The notes under the pieces are model-generated. The model was not told the origin of the DNA and made no database searches. It saw only the letters and a program-made list of their open reading frames with translations. From assembly GCF_044324875.1 (NCBI RefSeq), contig NZ_CP172185.1: a stretch of 64,000 nt of DNA; one strand, written 5' to 3'. Within the stretch, counting starts at the first letter, position 1; each line of letters opens with the position of its first letter. Source of the DNA: Escherichia coli. GTDB lineage: Bacteria > Pseudomonadota > Gammaproteobacteria > Enterobacterales > Enterobacteriaceae. The position numbers and the translations under genes are program-made. Shown here in pieces: positions 53,271-64,000 of the stretch.

Positions 53271-53900
53271 ATGACAGGTAAGAAGCGTTCTGCCAGCTCC
53301 AGCCGCTGGCTTCAGGAACACTTTAGCGATAAATATGTTCAACAGGCACAGAAAAAGGGGTTACGTTCCCGTGCCTGGTTTAAACTTGATGAAATACAGC
53401 AAAGTGACAAACTCTTTAAACCGGGAATGACGGTTGTCGACCTTGGTGCTGCTCCGGGTGGTTGGTCACAATATGTGGTCACCCAAATTGGCGGCAAAGG
53501 CCGCATCATCGCTTGCGATCTTTTACCTATGGATCCTATCGTTGGTGTGGACTTTCTTCAGGGCGATTTTCGTGATGAACTGGTGATGAAAGCACTGCTG
53601 GAGCGCGTTGGCGACAGCAAAGTCCAGGTTGTCATGTCCGATATGGCACCAAACATGAGCGGAACACCGGCGGTGGATATCCCCCGTGCCATGTATCTGG
53701 TGGAACTGGCGCTAGAAATGTGTCGTGATGTATTAGCGCCAGGTGGCAGTTTTGTAGTGAAGGTGTTCCAGGGCGAAGGTTTCGATGAGTATCTAAGGGA
53801 AATTCGCTCCCTGTTTACGAAGGTCAAAGTTCGTAAGCCGGACTCTTCTCGTGCACGTTCGCGGGAAGTGTATATTGTAGCGACCGGGCGTAAACCCTAA
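53271..53900 (+). CDS. rlmE: 23S rRNA 2'-O-ribose U2552 methyltransferase RlmE (FtsJ)
   Basis: 209-aa ORF with SAM-binding motif [13 protein letters not shown]. Confidence 0.96.
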
Positions 53901-53999
53901 CCGGGAGATTTCAGACGAAAGTTTGAAAGATGCTGGATATAGAGTATCCTGACGCTGTTTTTAACACAGTTGTAATAAGAGGTTAATCCCTTGAGTGAC

Positions 54000-55934
54000 A
54001 TGGCGAAAAACCTAATACTCTGGCTGGTCATTGCCGTTGTGCTGATGTCAGTATTCCAGAGCTTTGGGCCCAGCGAGTCTAATGGCCGTAAGGTGGATTA
54101 CTCTACCTTCCTACAAGAGGTCAATAACGACCAGGTTCGTGAAGCGCGTATCAACGGACGTGAAATCAACGTTACCAAGAAAGATAGTAACCGTTATACC
54201 ACTTACATTCCGGTTCAGGATCCGAAATTACTGGATAACCTGTTGACCAAGAACGTCAAGGTTGTCGGTGAACCGCCTGAAGAACCAAGCCTGCTGGCTT
54301 CTATCTTCATCTCCTGGTTCCCGATGCTGTTGCTGATTGGTGTCTGGATCTTCTTCATGCGTCAAATGCAAGGCGGCGGTGGCAAAGGTGCCATGTCGTT
54401 TGGTAAGAGCAAAGCGCGCATGCTGACTGAAGATCAGATCAAAACGACCTTTGCTGACGTTGCGGGCTGCGACGAAGCAAAAGAAGAAGTTGCTGAACTG
54501 GTTGAGTATCTGCGCGAGCCGAGCCGCTTCCAGAAACTCGGCGGTAAGATCCCGAAAGGCGTTCTGATGGTCGGTCCTCCGGGTACCGGTAAAACGCTGC
54601 TGGCGAAAGCGATTGCAGGCGAAGCGAAAGTTCCGTTCTTTACTATCTCCGGTTCTGACTTCGTCGAAATGTTCGTCGGTGTGGGTGCATCCCGTGTTCG
54701 TGACATGTTCGAACAGGCGAAGAAAGCGGCACCGTGTATCATCTTTATCGATGAAATCGACGCCGTAGGCCGCCAGCGTGGCGCAGGCCTGGGCGGTGGT
54801 CACGATGAACGTGAACAGACTCTGAACCAGATGCTGGTTGAGATGGATGGCTTCGAAGGTAACGAAGGTATCATCGTTATCGCCGCAACTAACCGTCCGG
54901 ACGTTCTCGACCCGGCGCTGCTGCGTCCTGGCCGTTTCGACCGTCAGGTTGTGGTTGGTTTGCCAGATGTTCGCGGTCGTGAGCAGATCCTGAAAGTTCA
55001 CATGCGTCGCGTACCATTGGCACCCGATATCGACGCGGCAATCATTGCCCGTGGTACTCCTGGTTTCTCCGGTGCTGACCTGGCGAACCTGGTGAACGAA
55101 GCGGCACTGTTCGCTGCTCGTGGCAACAAACGCGTTGTGTCGATGGTTGAGTTCGAGAAAGCGAAAGACAAAATCATGATGGGTGCGGAACGTCGCTCCA
55201 TGGTGATGACGGAAGCGCAGAAAGAATCAACGGCTTACCACGAAGCGGGTCATGCGATTATCGGTCGCCTGGTGCCGGAACACGATCCGGTGCACAAAGT
55301 GACGATTATCCCACGCGGTCGTGCTCTGGGTGTGACTTTCTTCTTGCCTGAGGGCGACGCAATCAGCGCCAGCCGTCAGAAACTGGAAAGCCAGATTTCT
55401 ACGCTGTACGGTGGTCGTCTGGCAGAAGAGATCATCTACGGGCCGGAACATGTTTCTACCGGTGCGTCCAACGATATTAAAGTTGCGACCAACCTGGCAC
55501 GTAACATGGTGACTCAGTGGGGCTTCTCTGAGAAATTGGGTCCACTGCTGTACGCGGAAGAAGAAGGTGAAGTGTTCCTCGGCCGTAGCGTAGCGAAAGC
55601 GAAACATATGTCCGATGAAACTGCACGTATCATCGACCAGGAAGTGAAAGCACTGATTGAGCGTAACTATAATCGTGCGCGTCAGCTTCTGACCGACAAT
55701 ATGGATATTCTGCATGCGATGAAAGATGCTCTCATGAAATATGAGACTATCGACGCACCGCAGATTGATGACCTGATGGCACGTCGCGATGTACGTCCGC
55801 CAGCGGGCTGGGAAGAACCAGGCGCTTCTAACAATTCTGGCGACAATGGTAGTCCAAAGGCTCCACGTCCGGTTGATGAACCGCGTACGCCGAACCCGGG
55901 TAACACCATGTCAGAGCAGTTAGGCGACAAGTAA
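54000..55934 (+). CDS. ftsH: ATP-dependent zinc metalloprotease FtsH
   Basis: ORF 53991-55934 (TTG); ATG at 54000 gives [19 protein letters not shown] (644 aa); AAA+ motif GPPGTGKT and HEAGH zinc site. Confidence 0.95.
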
Positions 55935-55965
55935 GTTCCCGCATCAGATGACTGTATTTGTACCG

Positions 55966-55996
55966 AAAACCCCGGGGCGTGCTCCGGGGTTTTTTC
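55966..55996 (+). terminator. Terminator-like hairpin after ftsH, upstream of folP
   Basis: CCCCGGGGCGTGCTCCGGGG followed by TTTTTT. Confidence 0.6.
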
Positions 55997-56023
55997 TTAT
56001 CAATTCATACCAGGGATAACACC

Positions 56024-56872
56024 ATGAAACTTTTTGCCCAGGGCACTTCACTGGACCTTAGCCATCCTCACGTAATGGGGATCCTCAACGTCACGCCTGA
56101 TTCCTTTTCGGATGGCGGCACGCATAACTCGCTGATAGATGCGGTGAAACATGCGAATCTGATGATCAACGCTGGCGCGACGATCATTGACGTTGGTGGC
56201 GAGTCCACGCGCCCAGGGGCGGCGGAAGTTAGCGTTGAAGAAGAGTTGCAACGTGTTATTCCTGTGGTTGAGGCAATTGCTCAACGCTTCGAAGTCTGGA
56301 TCTCGGTCGATACATCCAAACCAGAAGTCATCCGTGAGTCAGCGAAAGTTGGCGCTCACATTATTAATGATATTCGCTCCCTTTCCGAACCAGGGGCTCT
56401 GGAGGCAGCTGCAGAAACCGGTTTACCGGTTTGTCTGATGCATATGCAGGGAAATCCAAAGACCATGCAGGAAGCCCCGAAGTATGACGATGTCTTTGCG
56501 GAAGTGAATCGCTATTTTATTGAGCAAATAGCACGTTGCGAGCAGGCGGGTATCGCAAAAGAGAAATTGTTGCTCGACCCCGGATTCGGTTTCGGTAAAA
56601 ATCTCTCCCATAACTATTCATTACTGGCGCGCCTGGCTGAATTTCACCATTTCAACCTGCCGCTGTTGGTGGGTATGTCACGAAAATCGATGATTGGGCA
56701 GCTGCTGAACGTGGGGCCGTCCGAGCGTCTGAGCGGTAGTCTGGCTTGTGCGGTCATTGCCGCAATGCAAGGCGCGCACATCATTCGTGTTCATGACGTC
56801 AAAGAAACCGTAGAAGCGATGCGGGTGGTGGAAGCCACTCTGTCTGCAAAGGAAAACAAACGCTATGAGTAA
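56024..56872 (+). CDS. folP: Dihydropteroate synthase
   Basis: ORF 55958-56872; start at ATG 56024 giving [32 protein letters not shown] (282 aa). Confidence 0.95.
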
Positions 56873-58202
56873 TCGTAAATATTTCGGTACCGATGGGATT
56901 CGTGGTCGTGTAGGGGATGCGCCGATCACCCCTGATTTTGTGCTTAAGCTGGGTTGGGCCGCGGGTAAAGTGCTGGCGCGCCACGGCTCCCGTAAGATCA
57001 TTATTGGTAAAGACACACGTATTTCTGGCTATATGCTGGAGTCAGCACTGGAAGCGGGTCTGGCGGCTGCCGGTCTTTCCGCGCTCTTCACTGGCCCGAT
57101 GCCAACACCGGCCGTGGCTTATCTGACGCGGACTTTCCGCGCAGAGGCTGGGATTGTGATATCTGCATCGCATAACCCGTTCTACGATAATGGCATTAAA
57201 TTTTTCTCTATCGACGGCACCAAACTACCGGATGCAGTAGAAGAGGCCATCGAAGCGGAAATGGAAAAAGAGATCAGCTGTGTTGATTCGGCAGAACTGG
57301 GTAAAGCCAGCCGTATCGTTGATGCTGCGGGTCGCTATATCGAGTTTTGCAAAGCCACGTTCCCGAACGAACTTAGCCTCAGTGAACTGAAGATTGTGGT
57401 GGATTGTGCAAACGGTGCGACTTATCACATCGCGCCGAACGTGCTGCGTGAACTGGGAGCGAACGTTATCGCTATCGGTTGTGAGCCGAACGGTGTAAAC
57501 ATCAATGCCGAAGTGGGGGCTACCGACGTTCGCGCGCTCCAGGCTCGTGTGCTGGCTGAAAAAGCGGATCTCGGTATTGCCTTCGACGGCGACGGCGATC
57601 GCGTGATTATGGTTGACCATGAAGGCAATAAAGTCGATGGCGATCAGATCATGTATATCATCGCGCGTGAAGGTCTTCGTCAGGGCCAGCTGCGTGGTGG
57701 CGCTGTGGGTACATTGATGAGCAACATGGGGATTGAACTGGCGCTGAAACAGTTAGGAATTCCATTTGCGCGCGCGAAAGTGGGTGACCGCTACGTACTG
57801 GAAAAAATGCAGGAGAAAGGCTGGCGTATCGGTGCAGAGAATTCCGGTCATGTGATCCTGCTGGATAAAACCACTACCGGTGACGGCATCGTTGCTGGCT
57901 TGCAGGTGCTGGCGGCGATGGCACGTAACCATATGAGCCTGCACGACCTTTGCAGCGGCATGAAAATGTTCCCGCAGATTCTGGTTAACGTGCGTTACAC
58001 CGCAGGTAGCGGCGATCCGCTTGAGCATGAGTCAGTTAAAGCCGTGACCGCAGAGGTTGAAGCTGCGCTGGGCAACCGTGGACGCGTTTTGCTGCGTAAA
58101 TCTGGCACCGAGCCGTTAATTCGCGTGATGGTAGAAGGTGAAGACGAAGCGCAGGTAACTGAATTTGCACACCGTATCGCCGATGCAGTAAAAGCCGTTT
58201 AA
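56865..58202 (+). CDS. glmM: Phosphoglucosamine mutase
   Basis: 445-aa ORF with active-site SASHNP; overlaps the folP 3' end by 8 bp. Confidence 0.97.
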   Translation: MSNRKYFGTDGIRGRVGDAPITPDFVLKLGWAAGKVLARHGSRKIIIGKDTRISGYMLESALEAGLAAAGLSALFTGPMPTPAVAYLTRTFRAEAGIVISASHNPFYDNGIKFFSIDGTKLPDAVEEAIEAEMEKEISCVDSAELGKASRIVDAAGRYIEFCKATFPNELSLSELKIVVDCANGATYHIAPNVLRELGANVIAIGCEPNGVNINAEVGATDVRALQARVLAEKADLGIAFDGDGDRVIMVDHEGNKVDGDQIMYIIAREGLRQGQLRGGAVGTLMSNMGIELALKQLGIPFARAKVGDRYVLEKMQEKGWRIGAENSGHVILLDKTTTGDGIVAGLQVLAAMARNHMSLHDLCSGMKMFPQILVNVRYTAGSGDPLEHESVKAVTAEVEAALGNRGRVLLRKSGTEPLIRVMVEGEDEAQVTEFAHRIADAVKAV

Positions 58203-58220
58203 AGCGTTAGATAACTGGCT

Positions 58221-58248
58221 AAAAAGGCGGCGATTGTCGCCTTTTTTC
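58221..58248 (+). terminator. Rho-independent terminator after glmM
   Basis: AGGCGGCGA-TTG-TCGCCT followed by TTTTTT. Confidence 0.7.
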
Positions 58249-58429
58249 TCGGCGAACACATCGGTTTTGCTGTTTTTTTCCGCAGTTGATACAATGCAAT
58301 AAAATTGCCCTTGCGAAGGTCATTCGCTTTGGTTAGTATTCACACCCGCTTCAGTGGGAAAGATTAAAAACTCCCGCTTTATTGGTTGAAGCATTGGTAC
58401 GCGGCAACTCCGCAAGGAACAGGTTGATT

Positions 58430-58762
58430 ATGTACGAAGCTCTTTTGGTAGTTTTCCTTATTGTGGCAATTGGCCTTGTTGGTCTGATCATGCTGCAGCA
58501 AGGTAAAGGCGCTGATATGGGAGCCTCCTTCGGAGCAGGCGCTTCCGCTACGCTGTTTGGTTCAAGTGGTTCTGGTAACTTCATGACCCGCATGACGGCG
58601 CTGCTGGCAACGTTATTCTTCATCATCAGTCTGGTGCTGGGTAACATCAATAGCAATAAAACCAATAAAGGTAGCGAATGGGAAAACCTGAGTGCGCCGG
58701 CGAAAACCGAACAAACTCAGTCAGCTGCTCCGGCTAAGCCGACCAGCGATATCCCGAACTAA
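58430..58762 (+). CDS. secG: Protein translocase subunit SecG
   Basis: ORF 58382-58762; start at ATG 58430 giving MYEALLVVFLIVAIGLVGLIMLQQGKGADMGASFG (110 aa). Confidence 0.95.
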   Translation: MYEALLVVFLIVAIGLVGLIMLQQGKGADMGASFGAGASATLFGSSGSGNFMTRMTALLATLFFIISLVLGNINSNKTNKGSEWENLSAPAKTEQTQSAAPAKPTSDIPN

Positions 58763-58776
58763 AAAGTAGTATCCGT

Positions 58777-58863
58777 GCCGAGGTGGTGGAATTGGTAGAC
58801 ACGCTACCTTGAGGTGGTAGTGCCCAATAGGGCTTACGGGTTCAAGTCCCGTCCTCGGTACCA
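58777..58863 (+). tRNA. leuU: tRNA-Leu (anticodon GAG)
   Basis: GCCGAGGTGGTGGAATTGGTAGACACGCTACCTTGAGGTGGTAGTGCCCAATAGGGCTTACGGGTTCAAGTCCCGTCCTCGGTACCA; cloverleaf with long variable arm and encoded CCA. Confidence 0.93.
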
Positions 58864-58873
58864 AATTCCAGAA

Positions 58874-58905
58874 AAGAGACGCTGAAAAGCGTCTTTTTTC
58901 GTTTT
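58874..58905 (+). terminator. Rho-independent terminator after leuU
   Basis: AGACGC-TGAAAA-GCGTCT followed by TTTTTT. Confidence 0.8.
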
Positions 58906-59319
58906 GGTCCTGGTCTGAGGAATGGTTGTCAGGTATCTGTATCTCGTCCAGTTGCTTTACTCGTAGCTGGTACTTTGAAACGATGGTGCCGGTACGCCTT
59001 AGTTATAAACTTTTCCCTTCTGCTGACATAATTGGCACTTTATTGTGTCAACTCCAGTTCCGGTACGAATACGGATATGTTTACTTCTCGATAAACCATC
59101 CTGCTCCTGTCAGTATAACTACTGATGGCTACGTTCTGCGTAATGTTTAGAGACGCATTGATAATGTTATTTAATTACTGAGAACAATGGCCGCATCATT
59201 TAAAAAGAAAAAACTAACAGTGTTTCGGTCTGATATGGATCAGAGTTGAAAAACATGTCTGATATAAAATTGAACATTGTTGATAATTGTTTATATTGGT
59301 TGTGAACTTGGATTTCTGG

Positions 59320-60945
59320 ATGACAGTATTCAACAAATTTGTTAGAAGTTTTAAATCTCATTGGTTGTTGTATCTTTGTGTTATTGTTTTTGGTATTACG
59401 AACTTAGTCGCCTCTTCCGGAGCGCATATGGTTCAGCGATTGCTGTTTTTCGTTCTGACCATCCTGGTTGTTAAACGTATATCATCCCTTCCGCTTCGCC
59501 TGCTTGTTGCCGCACCATTTGTGTTACTGACAGCGGCAGATATGAGTATTAGCCTCTATTCATGGTGTACCTTTGGTACAACTTTCAATGATGGATTTGC
59601 GATTAGTGTGCTGCAGAGTGATCCGGATGAAGTTGTCAAAATGCTGGGAATGTATATCCCTTATCTATGTGCTTTTGCCTTTTTATCCCTTCTTTTTTTT
59701 GCAGTAATAATAAAATATGATGTTTCCTTGCCGACAAAAAAAGTGACAGGAATATTATTGCTGATTGTCATTTCGGGAAGTTTATTTTCCGCTTGTCAAT
59801 TTGCTTATAAAGATGCAAAAAATAAAGAGGCGTTCAGTCCATATATACTAGCGTCGCGATTTGCTACCTATACGCCGTTTTTCAATCTCAATTATTTTGC
59901 TTTAGCAGCGAAAGAGCATCAAAGATTACTCTCAATTGCAAACACGGTGCCGTATTTTCAACTATCAGTCAGGGATACAGGTATTGATACCTACGTGTTG
60001 ATTGTGGGGGAGTCTGTACGTGTCGACAATATGTCTTTGTATGGATATACACGCTCTACGACACCGCAAGTCGAAGCACAAAGAAAACAGATCAAACTGT
60101 TTAATCAAGCAATAAGCGGTGCACCTTACACTGCGCTGTCGGTTCCCCTTTCTTTAACTGCTGATTCCGTTTTGAGTCATGACATTCATAATTACCCGGA
60201 CAACATTATTAATATGGCTAATCAAGCAGGATTTCAGACTTTCTGGCTAAGCTCGCAATCCGCTTTTCGGCAGAATGGTACAGCAGTTACCAGTATCGCC
60301 ATGCGCGCCATGGAAACAGTCTATGTCAGAGGATTTGATGAATTGTTGTTGCCGCATTTATCGCAAGCGTTACAGCAAAAGACGCAGCAAAAGAAACTGA
60401 TTGTTCTTCATTTAAATGGAAGCCATGAACCGGCTTGTAGCGCCTATCCGCAATCCAGCGCCGTGTTTCAACCGCAGGACGATCAGGATGCCTGCTATGA
60501 CAACTCCATTCATTACACAGATAGTTTGCTAGGTCAGGTTTTTGAATTATTAAAAGATCGCCGCGCCTCGGTCATGTATTTTGCCGACCACGGCCTGGAA
60601 CGCGACCCTACGAAGAAGAACGTCTATTTTCATGGAGGCAGGGAGGCCAGCCAGCAGGCATATCATGTCCCGATGTTTATCTGGTATAGCCCCGTTCTTG
60701 GGGATGGCGTGGATCGCACAACGGAAAACGATATCTTTTCCACTGCGTACAATAATTACCTTATTAATGCGTGGATGGGGGTAACAAAGCCGGAACAGCC
60801 GCAAACGCTGGAGGAAGTGATTGCACACTATAAAGGAGACTCACGGGTTGTAGATGCAAACCATGATGTTTTCGATTTTGTGATGCTAAGAAAGGAGTTT
60901 ACTGAGGATAAGCAAGGTAACCCCACCCCTGAAGGGCAGGGTTGA
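59320..60945 (+). CDS. yhbX: Putative phosphoethanolamine transferase family protein YhbX
   Basis: ORF 59287-60945 (TTG); ATG 59320 gives MTVFNKFVRSFKSHWLLYLCV (541 aa); membrane N-terminus plus sulfatase-like domain. Confidence 0.88.
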   Translation: MTVFNKFVRSFKSHWLLYLCVIVFGITNLVASSGAHMVQRLLFFVLTILVVKRISSLPLRLLVAAPFVLLTAADMSISLYSWCTFGTTFNDGFAISVLQSDPDEVVKMLGMYIPYLCAFAFLSLLFFAVIIKYDVSLPTKKVTGILLLIVISGSLFSACQFAYKDAKNKEAFSPYILASRFATYTPFFNLNYFALAAKEHQRLLSIANTVPYFQLSVRDTGIDTYVLIVGESVRVDNMSLYGYTRSTTPQVEAQRKQIKLFNQAISGAPYTALSVPLSLTADSVLSHDIHNYPDNIINMANQAGFQTFWLSSQSAFRQNGTAVTSIAMRAMETVYVRGFDELLLPHLSQALQQKTQQKKLIVLHLNGSHEPACSAYPQSSAVFQPQDDQDACYDNSIHYTDSLLGQVFELLKDRRASVMYFADHGLERDPTKKNVYFHGGREASQQAYHVPMFIWYSPVLGDGVDRTTENDIFSTAYNNYLINAWMGVTKPEQPQTLEEVIAHYKGDSRVVDANHDVFDFVMLRKEFTEDKQGNPTPEGQG

Positions 60946-60952
60946 TGTCGAA

Positions 60953-62311
<1,359 letters not shown>

Positions 62312-62349
62312 TTAATTAACTGATGATGAGCCTGGATTTCCGCTCTCAC

Positions 62350-62386
62350 TGAATTTTTATGCAAAATAAATGAGTTTTCATTTAAT
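62350..62386 (-). promoter_or_regulatory. Tandem ARG boxes (ArgR operator) in the argG promoter
   Basis: TGAATTTTTATGCA and TGAGTTTTCATTTAAT, 55-90 bp upstream of argG. Confidence 0.65.
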
Positions 62387-62521
62387 CATCTTTTATCGGA
62401 GACAGGAAGAGTTTAGTGTGTTTTTTGTAAAATAATGCGCTTAAGGGAGAGCAGGAGAAGGCAAAAGTATTCAACAAATGAAAGTGAACCGGATATTCAT
62501 TCACGTGATTAGCAATAAACG

Positions 62522-62551
62522 TTGACAAAATGTGGCATGGATCACTATAAT
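62522..62551 (+). promoter_or_regulatory. Consensus sigma-70 promoter of the metY-rimP-nusA operon
   Basis: TTGACA, 18-bp spacer, TATAAT, about 90 bp upstream of metY. Confidence 0.75.
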
Positions 62552-62643
62552 GCCTGCAGATTTTACGTCCCGTCTCGGTACACCAAATCCCAGCAGTATT
62601 TGCATTTTTTACCCAAAACGAGTAGAATTTGCCACGTTTCAGG

Positions 62644-62720
<77 letters not shown>

Positions 62721-62842
62721 CTTTCCCTTAGAGTCCTTTTTCAAATATACTGTGAAGACTTCGGCCTTCGTAGTGGGATTTGAAAAAATCCTTCTGGAAA
62801 GTGCTCCAGACCGCAGTTGCGGTTATAGGGTTCAGTTATATA

Positions 62843-62868
62843 AAGCCCCGATTTATCGGGGTTTTTTG
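62843..62868 (+). terminator. Intrinsic terminator/attenuator between metY and rimP
   Basis: AAGCCCCGATTTATCGGGGTTTTTTGTT. Confidence 0.8.
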
Positions 62869-62926
62869 TTATCTGACTACAGAATAACTGGGCTTTAGGC
62901 CCTTTTTTTATGTCTTGGGGGTGGGC

Positions 62927-63379
62927 TTGTCCACATTAGAGCAAAAATTAACAGAGATGATTACTGCGCCAGTTGAGGCCCTGGGTTTTGAACTGGTTGG
63001 CATCGAATTTATTCGCGGTCGCACATCCACACTGCGCATCTATATTGATAGTGAAGATGGCATCAATGTTGATGATTGTGCTGATGTGAGCCACCAGGTA
63101 AGTGCTGTGCTGGATGTTGAAGATCCCATCACCGTTGCTTATAACCTGGAAGTCTCCTCACCGGGTCTCGATCGCCCACTGTTCACGGCTGAACACTACG
63201 CCCGTTTCGTCGGAGAAGAGGTGACTCTGGTTCTCCGCATGGCGGTACAAAACCGTCGTAAATGGCAGGGCGTTATCAAAGCGGTAGACGGTGAAATGAT
63301 CACAGTTACCGTCGAAGGTAAAGATGAAGTGTTCGCGCTGAGTAATATCCAGAAGGCGAACCTGGTTCCCCACTTTTAA
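62927..63379 (+). CDS. rimP: Ribosome maturation factor RimP
   Basis: ORF 62915-63379; start taken at in-frame TTG 62927 giving (M)[27 protein letters not shown] (150 aa). Confidence 0.88.
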
Positions 63380-63406
63380 TAGTCTGGATGAGGTGAAAAG
63401 CCCGCG

Positions 63407-64000
63407 ATGAACAAAGAAATTTTGGCTGTAGTTGAAGCCGTATCCAATGAAAAGGCGCTACCTCGCGAGAAGATTTTCGAAGCATTGGAAAGCGCGCTGG
63501 CGACAGCAACAAAGAAAAAATATGAACAAGAAATCGACGTTCGCGTACAGATCGATCGCAAAAGCGGTGATTTTGACACCTTCCGTCGCTGGTTAGTTGT
63601 TGATGAAGTCACCCAGCCGACCAAGGAAATCACCCTTGAAGCCGCACGTTATGAAGATGAAAGCCTGAACCTGGGCGATTACGTTGAAGATCAGATTGAG
63701 TCTGTTACCTTTGACCGTATCACCACCCAGACGGCAAAACAGGTTATCGTGCAGAAAGTGCGTGAAGCCGAACGTGCGATGGTGGTTGATCAGTTCCGTG
63801 AACACGAAGGTGAAATCATCACCGGCGTGGTGAAAAAAGTAAACCGCGACAACATCTCTCTGGATCTGGGCAACAACGCTGAAGCCGTGATCCTGCGCGA
63901 AGATATGCTGCCGCGTGAAAACTTCCGTCCTGGCGACCGCGTTCGTGGCGTGCTCTATTCCGTTCGCCCGGAAGCGCGTGGCGCGCAACTGTTCGTCACC
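63407..64000 (+). CDS. nusA: Transcription termination/antitermination factor NusA, N-terminal part; 3' end lies outside the window
   Basis: ATG 63407 opens [59 protein letters not shown]..., no stop before window end. Confidence 0.93.
   Translation, partial: MNKEILAVVEAVSNEKALPREKIFEALESALATATKKKYEQEIDVRVQIDRKSGDFDTFRRWLVVDEVTQPTKEITLEAARYEDESLNLGDYVEDQIESVTFDRITTQTAKQVIVQKVREAERAMVVDQFREHEGEIITGVVKKVNRDNISLDLGNNAEAVILREDMLPRENFRPGDRVRGVLYSVRPEARGAQLFVT

Noticed and set aside
54228-55001. 257-aa minus-strand ORF
   Set aside because: Antisense within ftsH
58864-59319. Possible genomic-island integration next to tRNA-Leu (leuU) or tRNA-fMet (metY)
   Set aside because: Both tRNAs are flanked immediately by the conserved neighbours (yhbX; rimP-nusA); no integrase, direct repeat of the tRNA 3' end or foreign genes seen

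Overview
This window reads as a conserved Escherichia coli / Shigella-type chromosomal backbone, in reverse-complement orientation relative to how I remember the K-12 map. It runs from the 3' end of aaeB through argR-mdh, degS/degQ, rplM-rpsI, sspAB, dcuD, the nanR/nanATEK-yhcH sialic acid cluster, yhcG, gltBD, arcB (with the ArcZ sRNA), the lptCAB-rpoN-hpf-ptsN-rapZ-npr and mlaFEDCB operons, murA, ispB, rplU-rpmA, obgE, dacB, greA, rlmE-ftsH-folP-glmM-secG-leuU, yhbX, argG and metY-rimP, into the 5' end of nusA. Gene calls are based on the supplied ORF track plus recognition of the translated proteins from memory; no database search was run, and all comparisons to K-12 are recollection. No CRISPR array, IS element, integrase or prophage was seen. 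The main candidate for something undescribed is a single accessory gene (9516-10310) inserted between rpsI and sspA, encoding a 264-aa protein that looks like a DUF695 domain fused to an RraB-like domain. Two further points stand out: a family of related palindromic units lying in-frame inside yhcG and in the yhcH/yhcG spacer, and gltD abutting yhcG directly, so the gltF-yhcADEF segment I recall from K-12 appears absent.
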